Shown here: in pieces, positions 35,386-46,173 of the stretch
Layout of the letters: each line of letters starts with the position of its first letter
How positions within the stretch are numbered: the stretch's first letter is position 1
IMG/VR virus record: IMGVR_UViG_3300010234_000001
Span: 50,612-114,611 of that record
Length of the DNA: 64,000 nt
Reading direction: 5' to 3' (one strand)
Source of the DNA: a virus
Taxonomy: Duplodnaviria > Heunggongvirae > Uroviricota > Caudoviricetes
Notes under the pieces: model-generated
What the model was told of the DNA's origin: nothing
The model's input: only the letters and a program-made list of their open reading frames with translations
The model's database searches: none
Made by a program: the position numbers and the translations under genes

Positions 35386-36672
35386 ATGGCTATAACAACA
35401 ATCTCATTGTTAAACACGTTCCTTGAGCAAATGCTTAAGGTGAACGAGCTTGCGTCATGGGTTAACGGTGCGGAAACCGGTTCGTCCAGCGTCGCAAACA
35501 CGGCCATTACTGGTGCGGTTTTCAAAACGGGTTCAAACAATTCCGGACTATCATTGTCCGAGTCAAGCGTACAGGTTGGAAACACCGTATACATTGATGT
35601 TGGAACACTTGGAACAAGCGTTGGAAACACGGCAACTCACATCATTGCCTCAATGAATGTGGTAAATTCCGTACACCAATTCACCAGATCGATTGCGGCA
35701 AACGCAAACGTTGGTTTTACTGCCGCCACAGCGGCGCAAGTTCAAGCCGCCATTGGTAGGGATGATGCCAACACTGCAAGCCTTGAAGCGGGTGGGGCGC
35801 ATGGAACGGCAAATACGGGACTGACAACGGCACAAGGGGCTTTTGCTAAAGCCAACGCATCTTCCAATGTAGCGGATGACACGACGCCACAGCTATCATC
35901 CAATTTGGACTCACAAGGTAAAAGCTTTGAGAATGTTAGCACCATAACAATCCATAGTGGTGAACGAGTCGAGTGGGAAGGCACGGATAACGTTGTCAAT
36001 GGCGCAATTCAAACCGGCGCATCCGGACTTGTATTCTACATTCGACGGGCGGGTAACACCGGACTGACTGACGTTGTTAGGGTTAATCAACAAGGTCATT
36101 TCCATCCGCTTTATGATAACCAATCAAGTCTTGGTGTTAATGATCGTGGATGGACTGAATTATATGTTACGGATGGCGGAACAATTTATTATGGCGATCA
36201 CGAAATTACCCAATCGGGAAATGTAATTACATTTGATACGGACGTATCCATGAACGCATGGGTTGGCGGATCGGGACGATTTGATGATGTGGCAACAGTA
36301 TCCGAAATCTGGTCTCATGCCAATAACAAAGTTCTAACAACTGACGGTGCTTGGGATGCGGTAGGTTATGCGGCGGTTGCGGGTGCTTCTGGTATTACAC
36401 TTAACATGGCAGCCAACAACAATTTCAATGTTGTCATTAATCAAACAACCACACTAAACAATCCATCCAACCTTAAACCCGGACAGTCCGGTGTGCTTGT
36501 TCTATCCTTCACGGGGGCACACAGCGTTTCCTATGGAACTAATTGGGTGTTCGAGTCCGACACGGCTCCATCCGCATCCGGTAATACTGCGGCACGCGAT
36601 CTTCTATCATACATCGTGACTCCGAATAAGAAAATCTTTGGAACACTATTCACCAACGTACCGATAACCTAA
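35386..36672 (+). CDS. Tail fibre/virion appendage protein, 428 aa
   Basis: DDTTPQL..NLD motif; C-terminal NPSN.KPGQSG domain. Confidence 0.75.
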   Translation: MAITTISLLNTFLEQMLKVNELASWVNGAETGSSSVANTAITGAVFKTGSNNSGLSLSESSVQVGNTVYIDVGTLGTSVGNTATHIIASMNVVNSVHQFTRSIAANANVGFTAATAAQVQAAIGRDDANTASLEAGGAHGTANTGLTTAQGAFAKANASSNVADDTTPQLSSNLDSQGKSFENVSTITIHSGERVEWEGTDNVVNGAIQTGASGLVFYIRRAGNTGLTDVVRVNQQGHFHPLYDNQSSLGVNDRGWTELYVTDGGTIYYGDHEITQSGNVITFDTDVSMNAWVGGSGRFDDVATVSEIWSHANNKVLTTDGAWDAVGYAAVAGASGITLNMAANNNFNVVINQTTTLNNPSNLKPGQSGVLVLSFTGAHSVSYGTNWVFESDTAPSASGNTAARDLLSYIVTPNKKIFGTLFTNVPIT

Positions 36673-36818
36673 TGATAGTACCAATATTTAATTCTTTTTT
36701 TTTATGGGTAAGAAATTTATACCCATGACCACTGTATTGACTGATATTGCCAGTTATGCTTCCGCTAGTGGTGTTACAGACACTATTATCAAGAATATTA
36801 TGCCACAGCAGCAGTAAT

Positions 36819-37256
36819 ATGTCAAGCTTCACTGATCCACTAGAGTATGTCTATATCGGGAAGTTCATGGGTGAACACCAATATCAGATTACCAAGGAGT
36901 TTACCTATCATATAGGCTCACTCGAAAACTCAATAGGAAAGGTGACAGTTCCTGAAGGATTCGTCACCGATCTGACGAGTATTCCTTGGCCTCTATCACT
37001 ACTGTTACCAGTGGATGGACCGTATGCACAGGCGGCGGTATTGCATGATTACATGTATGTCGTCATAGCACAAAACACCCTTATGAACAAGATATCGGAT
37101 AATGACAAATACAAGGTATTATCAAGAATAGTGGCAGACGCTATATTCTATGAATCCCTCAAGGTATTAAAAATAAATCCAATATTATCCAGACTTTTTT
37201 ATTGGGCGGTGCGTTTATTCGGCAATGGAAGCATAAATATCAATACGAATGCTTAA
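36819..37256 (+). CDS. DUF1353 domain protein
   Basis: VP.GFVTDL.SIP..L....G.Y..AAVLHDY.Y...AD.IF...L. Confidence 0.85.
   Translation: MSSFTDPLEYVYIGKFMGEHQYQITKEFTYHIGSLENSIGKVTVPEGFVTDLTSIPWPLSLLLPVDGPYAQAAVLHDYMYVVIAQNTLMNKISDNDKYKVLSRIVADAIFYESLKVLKINPILSRLFYWAVRLFGNGSININTNA
37234..37239 (+). promoter_or_regulatory. Late promoter TAAATA
   Basis: Upstream of ORF 37269. Confidence 0.55.
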
Positions 37257-37268
37257 AAGGAAACAATA

Positions 37269-37871
37269 ATGCTACTACGCAAATTAGGTGTGAATAATTT
37301 CGTTCGTTGGAATGGGGAAGCCATTGGTGGCATTCACCATCCAAGAAACATCGAATATTTATGGACGCAAGAACAACTGGCCGAAATCGACCTATTCTTT
37401 ATTAAGAAAACTCCCGTTCCCGACGATAAAATTTCGAATGGTGTTTCTTATATACAGGATGGTAATCTTGCGAAAGAAGTCCATGATCTGACCGATAAAA
37501 CATACACAACACATGATGTTTTATCCGAACGGGATAGACGCATCAGTCAGAATTTTAATTGGAATGGCAACATGATTCAAGGGCGGGAAGACGACCGGGA
37601 AAATATTATGGGCGCTACCGTCTCCGCAACCCTTGCTGTTATGAACGGGGTGCAACCGGGGGATACTAAATGGGCGGGCGGCAACACGGATTTCACATGG
37701 ATTGTTGCCAACAATAGCACAATCGTACTTGACGCATATCAAATGATTGATATGGGACAGACTGCAATGGGTGTAAAGAAATTCTACATCTATAAAGCAA
37801 AAGATATTAAGGAGTCTGTTGAAGCCAATCCAACAATTAATCCTACCAACGACGCACTATGGACACCATAA
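37269..37871 (+). CDS. DUF4376-like tail fibre assembly protein, 200 aa
   Basis: ERD.RI...F...G...Q....DR.NI...F.W...N......L.A..M..M. Confidence 0.7.
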   Translation: MLLRKLGVNNFVRWNGEAIGGIHHPRNIEYLWTQEQLAEIDLFFIKKTPVPDDKISNGVSYIQDGNLAKEVHDLTDKTYTTHDVLSERDRRISQNFNWNGNMIQGREDDRENIMGATVSATLAVMNGVQPGDTKWAGGNTDFTWIVANNSTIVLDAYQMIDMGQTAMGVKKFYIYKAKDIKESVEANPTINPTNDALWTP

Positions 37872-38210
37872 ATGGCCGCATTTATCGAACTATACATGGG
37901 ACAAGGCGAGACCTTTACTTATAACGTTGTTCTTTCGAATGATGTGACCGGTGCTGCCATTAACGTTTCAAGTTATCAAGTTCGATCTAAGTTGCGACGA
38001 TCTTACTATAGTCAAAATTCAAGCGCAAATCTTGTTTGCTCCGTCGCGGATGGTTCTAATGGAAATATTTCAATCTCGTTAGCCGCATCAAATACTGCCA
38101 ACCTGAAAGCGGGTAGATATGTGTTTGATGTGGAAACTGAAGATAATTCAAACGTTGTTACGCGGATTCTTCAAGGATACATATATGTAACACCCGAAGC
38201 AACAAAATAA
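37872..38210 (+). CDS. Virion structural protein (BppU/LtfC-like Ig fold), 112 aa
   Basis: QG.TF.......; G.I..SL.A..T..L.AGRYV.DVE.....V.RI..G...VTP. Confidence 0.75.
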   Translation: MAAFIELYMGQGETFTYNVVLSNDVTGAAINVSSYQVRSKLRRSYYSQNSSANLVCSVADGSNGNISISLAASNTANLKAGRYVFDVETEDNSNVVTRILQGYIYVTPEATK

Positions 38211-38219
38211 GGACGGCTA

Positions 38220-41200
38220 ATGCCAACAGTTCGCGTAACGCAAGGCAACCCTCAAGTATCAAGAGTCTCTTCGCCTAGTACACAACAAATCGACACAAAA
38301 ACTGTATCCATTGGTCCGGTAAGTGACGCATCAGCAACAGCCGCTTTTGAAGCTGCTAATAATGCGACAATTACTGCGGGTGCCGCTTTCGATGTTGCTA
38401 ATGCTGCGAGTGGTATTACCATTGGAGTGGCTTTCGATAAAGCCAATGCGGCGAATATTTTGGCTTGCACCGCATATAGTGCGGCGAATACGGCTTCTAT
38501 AGAAGCGGCGGGTGCTCACACCACGGCTAACGCAGCGGCAACTACCGCAAGTGCCGCTTGGGATCGTTCGGTTGTCGCTAACACAACTGCCGCTGCGGCA
38601 TTCTCACAAGCGAACAGTCTTAATTATACAGCACAAAGCGCTTACAGTCAAGCAAACACCGCTTCTCTAGAGGCTGGTGGTGCTCACTCTACTGCCAACG
38701 ATGCACTAGGTACGGCACAAGCCGCTTACGGTCAAGCCAATGGACTAAACTTCACTGCACAATCGGCTTATAGCCAAGCAAATACTGCCACAACCGATGC
38801 TGCTACCGCATCAGGTGAAGCTGCCGGTGCGCATACTAAAGCCAATAGTGTTCTAGTTACTGCCATAGCAGGTTATGCGCAGGCTAATAGTCTAAACTTT
38901 ACCGCACAAAGCGCATACGATAAAGCAAACACGGCAACAACATATGCTGGTGCGGCTTATGATACTGCAAATTCCGGAACATCCGAAGCAACCGCCGCTA
39001 ATACAACTGCCCAAGCCGCATTTGATGAAGCAAACTCACTAAACTTCACTGCTCAATCCGCCTATAGTCAAGCAAACACCGCCACGACTGACGCGGCTAC
39101 TGCTAGTGCAGAGGCTGGTGGAGCACATGGCACCGCCAATAATGCATTGGGTACGGCACAAGCAAGTTACGCACAAGCCAACTCACTAAACTTCACCGCA
39201 CAATCGGCCTATATCCAAGCAAACACCGCTTCACTAGAGGCTGGTGGAGCACATGCACAAGCGAACACTGCCACAACCGATGCTGCCACTGCATCAGGTG
39301 AAGCTGCCGGTGCTCACTCTACTGCCAACGATGCACTAGGTACGGCACAAGCCGCTTACGGTCAAGCCAATGGACTAAACTTCACTGCACAATCGGCTTA
39401 CAGTCAAGCCAATACTGCGAGTCTTGAAGCGGGTGGTGCTCACTCCACTGCCAACGATGCATCAACTACGGCAGGATCAGCGTATGATCATGCAAATACA
39501 AAATATGCTTCTGCCGGTGGTACAATTTCCGGTGATGTGGAGATTACTGGTAACCTTGTAGTATCCGGTGATCAAACTTTTGCAAATACTCAGCATCTTC
39601 TAATCGGTGATGCCGTCCTTACACTCAATTCCGATCTTCCACAAGCAACCTCACCTTCCGAAGATGCTGGCATAGAGATTAACCGAGGTTCATCTTCTAA
39701 TGTAAGTGTACTTTGGGATGAAGTGGATAACATCTGGACCTTCAGTAACGACGGAACAACATGGCAGGCAATTGCTTCAAATGTTGACATTCAGAATGTT
39801 GGAACTGGTGCAAATGCGTATGCCGCACTAGCGGCTGGTGGAGCACATGCAGCCGCCAACACGGGAGTTTCTGATGCAGCTACTGCACAGGGAACAGCGG
39901 ATGTGGCAGCGGCACAGGCAGTAATTGCAAGAGGGGATGCCAATACAAACGCTGGCGATATTACTGCTAGTGCTGCGGAAATCGTTATTGCAAGAGACCA
40001 AGCAAATACAGGCGTAACGGATGCGGCGACAGCATCGGCAGAAGCGGGTGGGGCACATGCAACTGCCAATTCTGCCACAACCACTGCCGGTGCGGCATAT
40101 GATGCGGCCAATGCATTCAGTGAACTAAGTGAAGACCTTTCCCCACAACTTGGTGCTAATCTTGATGCTCAAGGATATACTATAAAAAACACACAATCTA
40201 TTCACATCACGGGTGGCGGAAGTGCTGGTAATTGGACTCCATTTGCTGGACGAGAAACGCTTATAGTCGAAAATGATGGTGATGTTGGAATCACGTTTGC
40301 AATGCCCGACACTGCTACGGCAGCATTTGTATTTGCAACAGCTTCGGATGATCATGCCGGATCATTCAGATTCGATTATCCAAACGAACTATACCAGATA
40401 CAAACAAGTGTGACGAATGGTGCCATTGAATTTCGTCCCGGAAATCAAGCCCTAGCTCAAAAATTATATGCCAATTTAACGTCAGTATTCAGCAATAATG
40501 TTATATTGAAAACTGATACGTCATATATTGGATGGTCGGATGCAAGACTATACCATGATGCAGCCAATGCAGTGGCTGTTATAAATGGTGTGCATGGACA
40601 AACATTCAAGATTTATAATACGCATGATGGAGCGGCAAACACAGAGTCCGGTCTTCTAGGATGGTCTGGTAATCAGTTCATCATTGGTGCCACAAGAAGT
40701 GGTACCGGTTCATTCCGAAACATGGTCTTCCAGACGAGCAACACGACACGATGGAAGGTAACGGCTTCAGGTAACTTCATTGCCGGTGCAGACAATTCAT
40801 ATGATGTTGGTGAAGTTGCCGATAATAGACCACAGAATATTCATGCGGCAAACGGAGTATTCACACCTTCACTTTTCGTGAACGGGGCTAATCATGATGT
40901 AACAGCACAAAGCGCCTACGACCAAGCGAATACGGCTTACATCCATGCCAACAATGCATACGCCGCAGCAAACGCTGGTGGTGGCGGAGCTTCGGTTACT
41001 ATTGCCAACACACCTCCCGGTGGGGCTTCTGCCGGTGATATGTGGTGGTCATCCAATGTAGCTTCCGGTCAGCTATACGTCTATTATGACGATAGTGCAA
41101 ACTCCCAATGGGTTCTTGCGTCCCCACCATGGAGCATAACCGCCAACATTGTATCCGACCTAACACCACAACTCGGTGCCGATCTTGACCTAAATGGTTT

Positions 41201-41675
41201 CAATATTGATTTCCCAAGCACATCAAATATTGATGATGTATTGGATGAAGATGATCTAACTTCCAATTCAGCAACGGGACTAGCTACACAGCAGTCTATC
41301 AAGGCGTATGTAGATCAATATAGAAGATCATTCACGGCGGGTGAAGTATGTAACGTTGGGGATGTATGTTACTTCAAGTCGGATGGTAAAATGTGGCAAA
41401 CCGATGCGGATGCGGAAGCATCTTCGGGTGGTCTACTATCAATTTGCACGGAAGATATTGCGGCGGATGCTTCGGGTGACTTCCTACTCCGTGGATACTA
41501 TGTAACTTCCGGGCTTACTACCGCATCAACGTATTTCTTGTCCACAACCAAGGGAGCATGGACGACGACACAACCATCCGGCAATACTGATATTGTTCGT
41601 GTAATTGGGTATGCTCTAAGCACAACAGAACTATACTTTGATCCTGATAAATCATACGTACAGGTATTGGTCTAA
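38220..41675 (+). CDS. Long tail fibre-like protein with Ala-rich coiled-coil repeats, 1151 aa
   Basis: Repeated AQSAYSQANTA units; DAGIEINRG..W.E..D.W motif; PQLG..LD motifs. Confidence 0.8.
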   Translation: MPTVRVTQGNPQVSRVSSPSTQQIDTKTVSIGPVSDASATAAFEAANNATITAGAAFDVANAASGITIGVAFDKANAANILACTAYSAANTASIEAAGAHTTANAAATTASAAWDRSVVANTTAAAAFSQANSLNYTAQSAYSQANTASLEAGGAHSTANDALGTAQAAYGQANGLNFTAQSAYSQANTATTDAATASGEAAGAHTKANSVLVTAIAGYAQANSLNFTAQSAYDKANTATTYAGAAYDTANSGTSEATAANTTAQAAFDEANSLNFTAQSAYSQANTATTDAATASAEAGGAHGTANNALGTAQASYAQANSLNFTAQSAYIQANTASLEAGGAHAQANTATTDAATASGEAAGAHSTANDALGTAQAAYGQANGLNFTAQSAYSQANTASLEAGGAHSTANDASTTAGSAYDHANTKYASAGGTISGDVEITGNLVVSGDQTFANTQHLLIGDAVLTLNSDLPQATSPSEDAGIEINRGSSSNVSVLWDEVDNIWTFSNDGTTWQAIASNVDIQNVGTGANAYAALAAGGAHAAANTGVSDAATAQGTADVAAAQAVIARGDANTNAGDITASAAEIVIARDQANTGVTDAATASAEAGGAHATANSATTTAGAAYDAANAFSELSEDLSPQLGANLDAQGYTIKNTQSIHITGGGSAGNWTPFAGRETLIVENDGDVGITFAMPDTATAAFVFATASDDHAGSFRFDYPNELYQIQTSVTNGAIEFRPGNQALAQKLYANLTSVFSNNVILKTDTSYIGWSDARLYHDAANAVAVINGVHGQTFKIYNTHDGAANTESGLLGWSGNQFIIGATRSGTGSFRNMVFQTSNTTRWKVTASGNFIAGADNSYDVGEVADNRPQNIHAANGVFTPSLFVNGANHDVTAQSAYDQANTAYIHANNAYAAANAGGGGASVTIANTPPGGASAGDMWWSSNVASGQLYVYYDDSANSQWVLASPPWSITANIVSDLTPQLGADLDLNGFNIDFPSTSNIDDVLDEDDLTSNSATGLATQQSIKAYVDQYRRSFTAGEVCNVGDVCYFKSDGKMWQTDADAEASSGGLLSICTEDIAADASGDFLLRGYYVTSGLTTASTYFLSTTKGAWTTTQPSGNTDIVRVIGYALSTTELYFDPDKSYVQVLV

Positions 41676-42424
41676 TGGCGCAAGTTGATAAGTTTCTAGT
41701 CAGTGATGAATCTATAAATGCATCCATAGGTGTGCATAGACTATCTATTCATTCCATAAATGGTGTTCAATTCGTGACAGTCCCACAAGGAGTATCTTTT
41801 GATCTGTCATATCTAACATCCGCAACTTCCAGTGCTGATCAAACAACATACACATTTTCTTCGCAATCATTTGGTACCGCCGATACTGACAGATACATAG
41901 TAGTGGGTGTCGGGTTTGTTAGTAGAAACGAACCGCAAACCATATCTTCCGTTACTATTGGTGGAGTAGCAGCAACTGCATTGACCGCCCGATCCGAACA
42001 AGATGAAGGTACTTGGTCATCAGTCGCTCAATTCTGGATTGCCGCCGTTCCTTCCGGGACAACAGGGGATGTTGTCGTTGCATTGAATGCACAAGCATCA
42101 GCTTGTGGTGTTGGACTTTGGAGATTGATTACTGATGATATCACACCACATGACACCGCAACTGACACTGCGGATACAATCAGTGTTAATGTTAACGTTC
42201 AAGATGGTGGCGGTGTTTGCGCAATTGCAATGTGTAGAAATGGATCAACGACCACATGGACTGGTGTTACGGAAGATTTTGATACTGATGCTCAAACAGG
42301 AGAATATTTTACGGGAGGATCACACACGGCAACATCAAATGAAACGCCAAGAACAGTGTCTGGTAACAACGATGGAGCGACCGCATCCATGGCAGGTTGT
42401 GCAGTGTCATTCGCAGCAATCTAA
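41675..42424 (+). CDS. Virion beta-sandwich protein, 249 aa (paralog of 43004-43705)
   Basis: FSS.SFG.AD..R.I.V motif shared. Confidence 0.7.
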   Translation: MAQVDKFLVSDESINASIGVHRLSIHSINGVQFVTVPQGVSFDLSYLTSATSSADQTTYTFSSQSFGTADTDRYIVVGVGFVSRNEPQTISSVTIGGVAATALTARSEQDEGTWSSVAQFWIAAVPSGTTGDVVVALNAQASACGVGLWRLITDDITPHDTATDTADTISVNVNVQDGGGVCAIAMCRNGSTTTWTGVTEDFDTDAQTGEYFTGGSHTATSNETPRTVSGNNDGATASMAGCAVSFAAI

Positions 42425-42436
42425 GGAAAAAAATAA

Positions 42437-42982
42437 ATGCCACTAACATTTCCAGCAACCCCAACTAATGGGGACACTTACACAAGCGAGAATGGGGTTG
42501 AATACATCTTCAACAACGGTGCTTGGGGTGTATCCTATAGTTCACCAGACCTTATATCCACAACTGATCTTGCTTCCAATACCGCCAATGGTATAGTGAC
42601 ATACGCCACAAAAGCACAATGGTTATCGAGTGATGACAACAGAGTATTGGAAGCATCACAAGTATGGGAATCCGGCAAAGAGATAGGATTGACTGATGCC
42701 GCCACCATTGCAGTTGATCTTAATCTTGGATTAAATTTCAACGTTACTCTTGGAGCTTCCAGATCGCTTGGTAATCCATCAAATACCAAACCCGGACAAT
42801 CCGGATACATTGCAATATATAGTGGAGGATCATATACTCTTTCTTATGGCGATCAATGGAAATTTATTGACGACACTGCTCCGGATAATTCTGCCAATAC
42901 ATCAGCCAAAGACATTCTATGGTATGTGGTAATGAATGATTCCAATGTACATGGTTCTCTTATAACCAATATACCAGATTAA
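42437..42982 (+). CDS. Virion protein, 181 aa; C-terminal domain paralogous to 35386-36672
   Basis: FP..PTNGDTY...G..Y.F; NPSN.KPGQSG...SYG..W.F...AP. Confidence 0.7.
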   Translation: MPLTFPATPTNGDTYTSENGVEYIFNNGAWGVSYSSPDLISTTDLASNTANGIVTYATKAQWLSSDDNRVLEASQVWESGKEIGLTDAATIAVDLNLGLNFNVTLGASRSLGNPSNTKPGQSGYIAIYSGGSYTLSYGDQWKFIDDTAPDNSANTSAKDILWYVVMNDSNVHGSLITNIPD

Positions 42983-43003
42983 CAAAAAGGAAGAATAATA
43001 CAC

Positions 43004-43705
43004 ATGTTTATGGGAATAAAACCATTAGGAATACTTGGTAAATCCAAATCCATTACAGAATTTGGATACGTAACATCAACATCCGATCTTACGGATGGCA
43101 CAGACTTTTCTTTTTCAAGTGTAAGTTTCGGCGCTGCTGACGCTACTCGTGAAATAATTGTAGTTGCATCATTTTATGATGACACGGATACTGCCAGTCC
43201 ATCCGCAACAGGGTGTACTATTGGTGGCGAGACTGCCGTCCGCGATAAATCACAAGGAGACTTCTTGTTTGGTCGCCTAAAAGTAGAAGTATGGAGAGCA
43301 ACGGTTCCTACGGGAACGTCAGGAACAATTACTATAGATTCAATATCTCAATCTGTTACATGGTGTGCAATATCCGTGTATAGGGCGGTTGGTGGAATAT
43401 CCGAAGTGTATGATTCGGGATCATCGGATGGTGTTAATGGTAAAGTTGACTCTGATACAATGCAGCTACGATTAAATACTCTATCAAAAAGTGCAGTTAT
43501 AGGTATGAGTGCTCAAGTAACTGGAAGCACAACTACTTGGTTAGGATTGACAGAAGATGTGGACCTAAATATAACAGGATCACATTATCTAAGCACGGCT
43601 TCGGATTTTGGGGTGGGCGTCACAACAGAAACCAATCGCCAAGTTGAACCCACCCGAGACTCAACTGTTGACAGATGGGTTGGAATAAGCATAAGCTACA
43701 ATTAG
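43004..43705 (+). CDS. Virion beta-sandwich protein, 233 aa
   Basis: Paralog of 41675-42424. Confidence 0.7.
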   Translation: MFMGIKPLGILGKSKSITEFGYVTSTSDLTDGTDFSFSSVSFGAADATREIIVVASFYDDTDTASPSATGCTIGGETAVRDKSQGDFLFGRLKVEVWRATVPTGTSGTITIDSISQSVTWCAISVYRAVGGISEVYDSGSSDGVNGKVDSDTMQLRLNTLSKSAVIGMSAQVTGSTTTWLGLTEDVDLNITGSHYLSTASDFGVGVTTETNRQVEPTRDSTVDRWVGISISYN

Positions 43706-43713
43706 TATAAATA
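43706..43713 (+). promoter_or_regulatory. Late promoter TATAAATA
   Basis: Perfect T4 late consensus upstream of gp13. Confidence 0.85.
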
Positions 43714-43731
43714 CTCCTAAAGGGGAGAAAA

Positions 43732-44481
43732 ATGCCAGCAACAGCAACAAGAACGCAATTCATCGATTACTGCCTTAGAGACTTGGGTCATCCCGTTATT
43801 CAAATTAACGTTGATGATGATCAGGTTGAAGATCGCGTGGATGAAGCATTCTACTATTACCAGCAATTCCACTTCGATGCTACGGAAAGATATTATCTCT
43901 CCCATGAATTAACTTCGACCGATGTTACTAATAAATATATCGATATATCAAGTGTTGATAGCAACATTATCGGAATTAAACGAATATTTTCATTCACAAA
44001 CTCCAATCTGACGAGAAACATGTTTGATATTCGATATCAGATGCGTCTCCAAGATATTCAATCCCTGCTTTCCGCAAGTTTTTCCAACTATTTCATCACG
44101 CAAACACACTTGTCGATGATTGACCTATTGCTTGTCGGACAGGTGCCGATTGATTACTCGCGTCATACGGGACGACTATATCTTCGTTTCGATTGGGACA
44201 CCGTTGATGCAGGGGATTGGATTGTCGTGGAGACTACGCGAGTCCTAGACCCCGACACATATCCGGCAGTGTATGGCGACATATGGCTGAAAAGATACGC
44301 TACGGCGCTTATTAAGAAGCAATGGGGCAACAACATGCACAAGTTCTCCGGCGTGACGCTTCCGGGCGGAATCATGCTGAATGGGGATAAAATCTATGAG
44401 GAAGCAAAGGCGGAAATCACGGAGCTTGAACAACAAATACGTAGTGAGTTTGAACTTCCGCCCTCCCTCATGGTTGGATAG
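43732..44481 (+). CDS. gp13: Neck protein gp13
   Basis: DYCLR.LG.PVI.INVDDDQ.EDR.DEA; WLK.YATALIK.QWG.N..KF.G..LPGG..LNG. Confidence 0.95.
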   Translation: MPATATRTQFIDYCLRDLGHPVIQINVDDDQVEDRVDEAFYYYQQFHFDATERYYLSHELTSTDVTNKYIDISSVDSNIIGIKRIFSFTNSNLTRNMFDIRYQMRLQDIQSLLSASFSNYFITQTHLSMIDLLLVGQVPIDYSRHTGRLYLRFDWDTVDAGDWIVVETTRVLDPDTYPAVYGDIWLKRYATALIKKQWGNNMHKFSGVTLPGGIMLNGDKIYEEAKAEITELEQQIRSEFELPPSLMVG

Positions 44482-44552
44482 ACCCCACAATCAAATGTGG
44501 AGGTAATAAGTTTCCTAAATAGATGTGTATTATAAAAACAAGGACACATCTA

Positions 44553-45296
44553 ATGAAAATTTACTGCATTGAAAATATAATCAATGAAAAAAAGTATGTT
44601 GGACTAACTATTCAGACAATTAATGAAAGATACCGTCAGCATATAAATTCATCTATAAACGGAAGTAGTCACACAATACATAATGCTATACGAAAGCATG
44701 GTCAAAACAACTTTATAATCTATGAACTTGATAGTTGCGATGATGTGGAACAACTCAAAGAACGCGAGAAATTTTGGATCAAAATTTTAGAAACAAAATC
44801 CAAGGGATATAATAATACGGATGGCGGTGACGGTTCTCCCGGAAGAGTCCTAAGCGAAGAGTCCAAGAAGAAAATGAGTGAGGCAGCAATCCTTCGCTTT
44901 AGTGATCCGAAACAACGAAAGAAAACTTCGAATACAACCAAAGAAGGAATGAAACGTTGGTGGAATGATATGACCAAAGAGGAACAGGATAACTGGATTG
45001 AGAGATGCAAAAAGCGACCAGAGGGATATAAACCTCCACCCATGAGTGAAAATCATAAAAGGGCGATATCGAAAGCCAATAAAGGTAATAAATATGCTTT
45101 AGGAATCAAACGGTCTGAAGAAACAAAAGCTAAATTAAGTAAGAATCGTAAAGGTAAAGGAACTGGAAAGAATAACGCAATGGCAAATCCGGAAAACAGA
45201 AAAAAAGTTAGTGACTCCAAAAGGGGTAAAAAGCGGTTCTATCTCCCGGATGGTTCGTATAAAATGGTTTATCCAGAACAAATGATGGTGGGCTAA
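44553..45296 (+). mobile_element. GIY-YIG homing endonuclease with NUMOD3 repeats (Seg-like), about 247 aa
   Basis: KIYCIEN.IN.KKYVG.T...ER...H; YN...GGDG; SEE.K.KMSE. Confidence 0.9.
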
Positions 45297-45297
45297 A

Positions 45298-46173
45298 ATG
45301 GCTACAAACCATTACTTCAACCATTTTCCGAAGGTGCGAACGAACGAGCAAATGCTTGTTCAAGAACTTGTCACTGAAACCATTCAAATAATGGGGCATG
45401 ATTGCTACTACATTCCAAGGGAATCGTGGTCTTCCGTGGATTATATCTTCGGTGAAGATGCTTCATCCAAATTTACCAAAGCTTATAACATTGAAATGTA
45501 TATTGAAACGGGTAATATGCTTGGCGGGGATAATCACTTTGATGGCATGAACGACATGTTCACCCAATTCGGCGCGGAAATCCAAGATGACGCAAATTTC
45601 TTGGTATCCCGTCAATCTTTTGAACGTTGGATACCGACAAGCACGCGAAACCATCCAAGGGAAGGTGATCTTGTTTATGTTCCTCTTTGGGATAAAATAT
45701 TTGAAATTAAGTTCGTTGAACAGGATATATTCTTCTTCCAAGTCGGTCATCGAGTCCCATACGCGTTCGAACTGCGTTGCGAGTCATTCCGTTATAGCGA
45801 TGAAGACCTTGACACGGGAGTTGAAGAAATTGATCAGATTGAACTTGATAACAGCTATACGCAACAACTTACGCTTATCAGCGGCACGGGAGATTATCAC
45901 ATCGGAGAGTCAGTATCAGTTGATGCCGCAACCACGGCCAATGTTGTTTCTTGGGTATCCACTAATGGTACCATAACTATCGTGGATGTCAAGGGGCAAT
46001 TCAACACAGGCACGCTTGTTGGAGCATCTTCCAATGCGCAGTGGAGTATTTCCACGGTGGATGAGCTTGGTGATCATAGCAGATTTGACTTCTACGACAA
46101 CAAGCGTTTCGAAGATGACGCCAATACTATTCTCGACAAAACTACAGAGGTTAATCCTCTAGGAGTCAGCTAA
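45298..46173 (+). CDS. gp14: Neck protein gp14
   Basis: EQ.LV..LV.E.I...G.D.YYIPR; P.EGDL.Y.P....FEI.FVE...F.Q.G. Confidence 0.95.
   Translation: MATNHYFNHFPKVRTNEQMLVQELVTETIQIMGHDCYYIPRESWSSVDYIFGEDASSKFTKAYNIEMYIETGNMLGGDNHFDGMNDMFTQFGAEIQDDANFLVSRQSFERWIPTSTRNHPREGDLVYVPLWDKIFEIKFVEQDIFFFQVGHRVPYAFELRCESFRYSDEDLDTGVEEIDQIELDNSYTQQLTLISGTGDYHIGESVSVDAATTANVVSWVSTNGTITIVDVKGQFNTGTLVGASSNAQWSISTVDELGDHSRFDFYDNKRFEDDANTILDKTTEVNPLGVS

Noticed and set aside
38220-41675. Diversity-generating retroelement template/variable repeat pair
   Set aside because: The repeats are identical or differ at non-adenine positions, lie mid-gene, and no reverse transcriptase is present.
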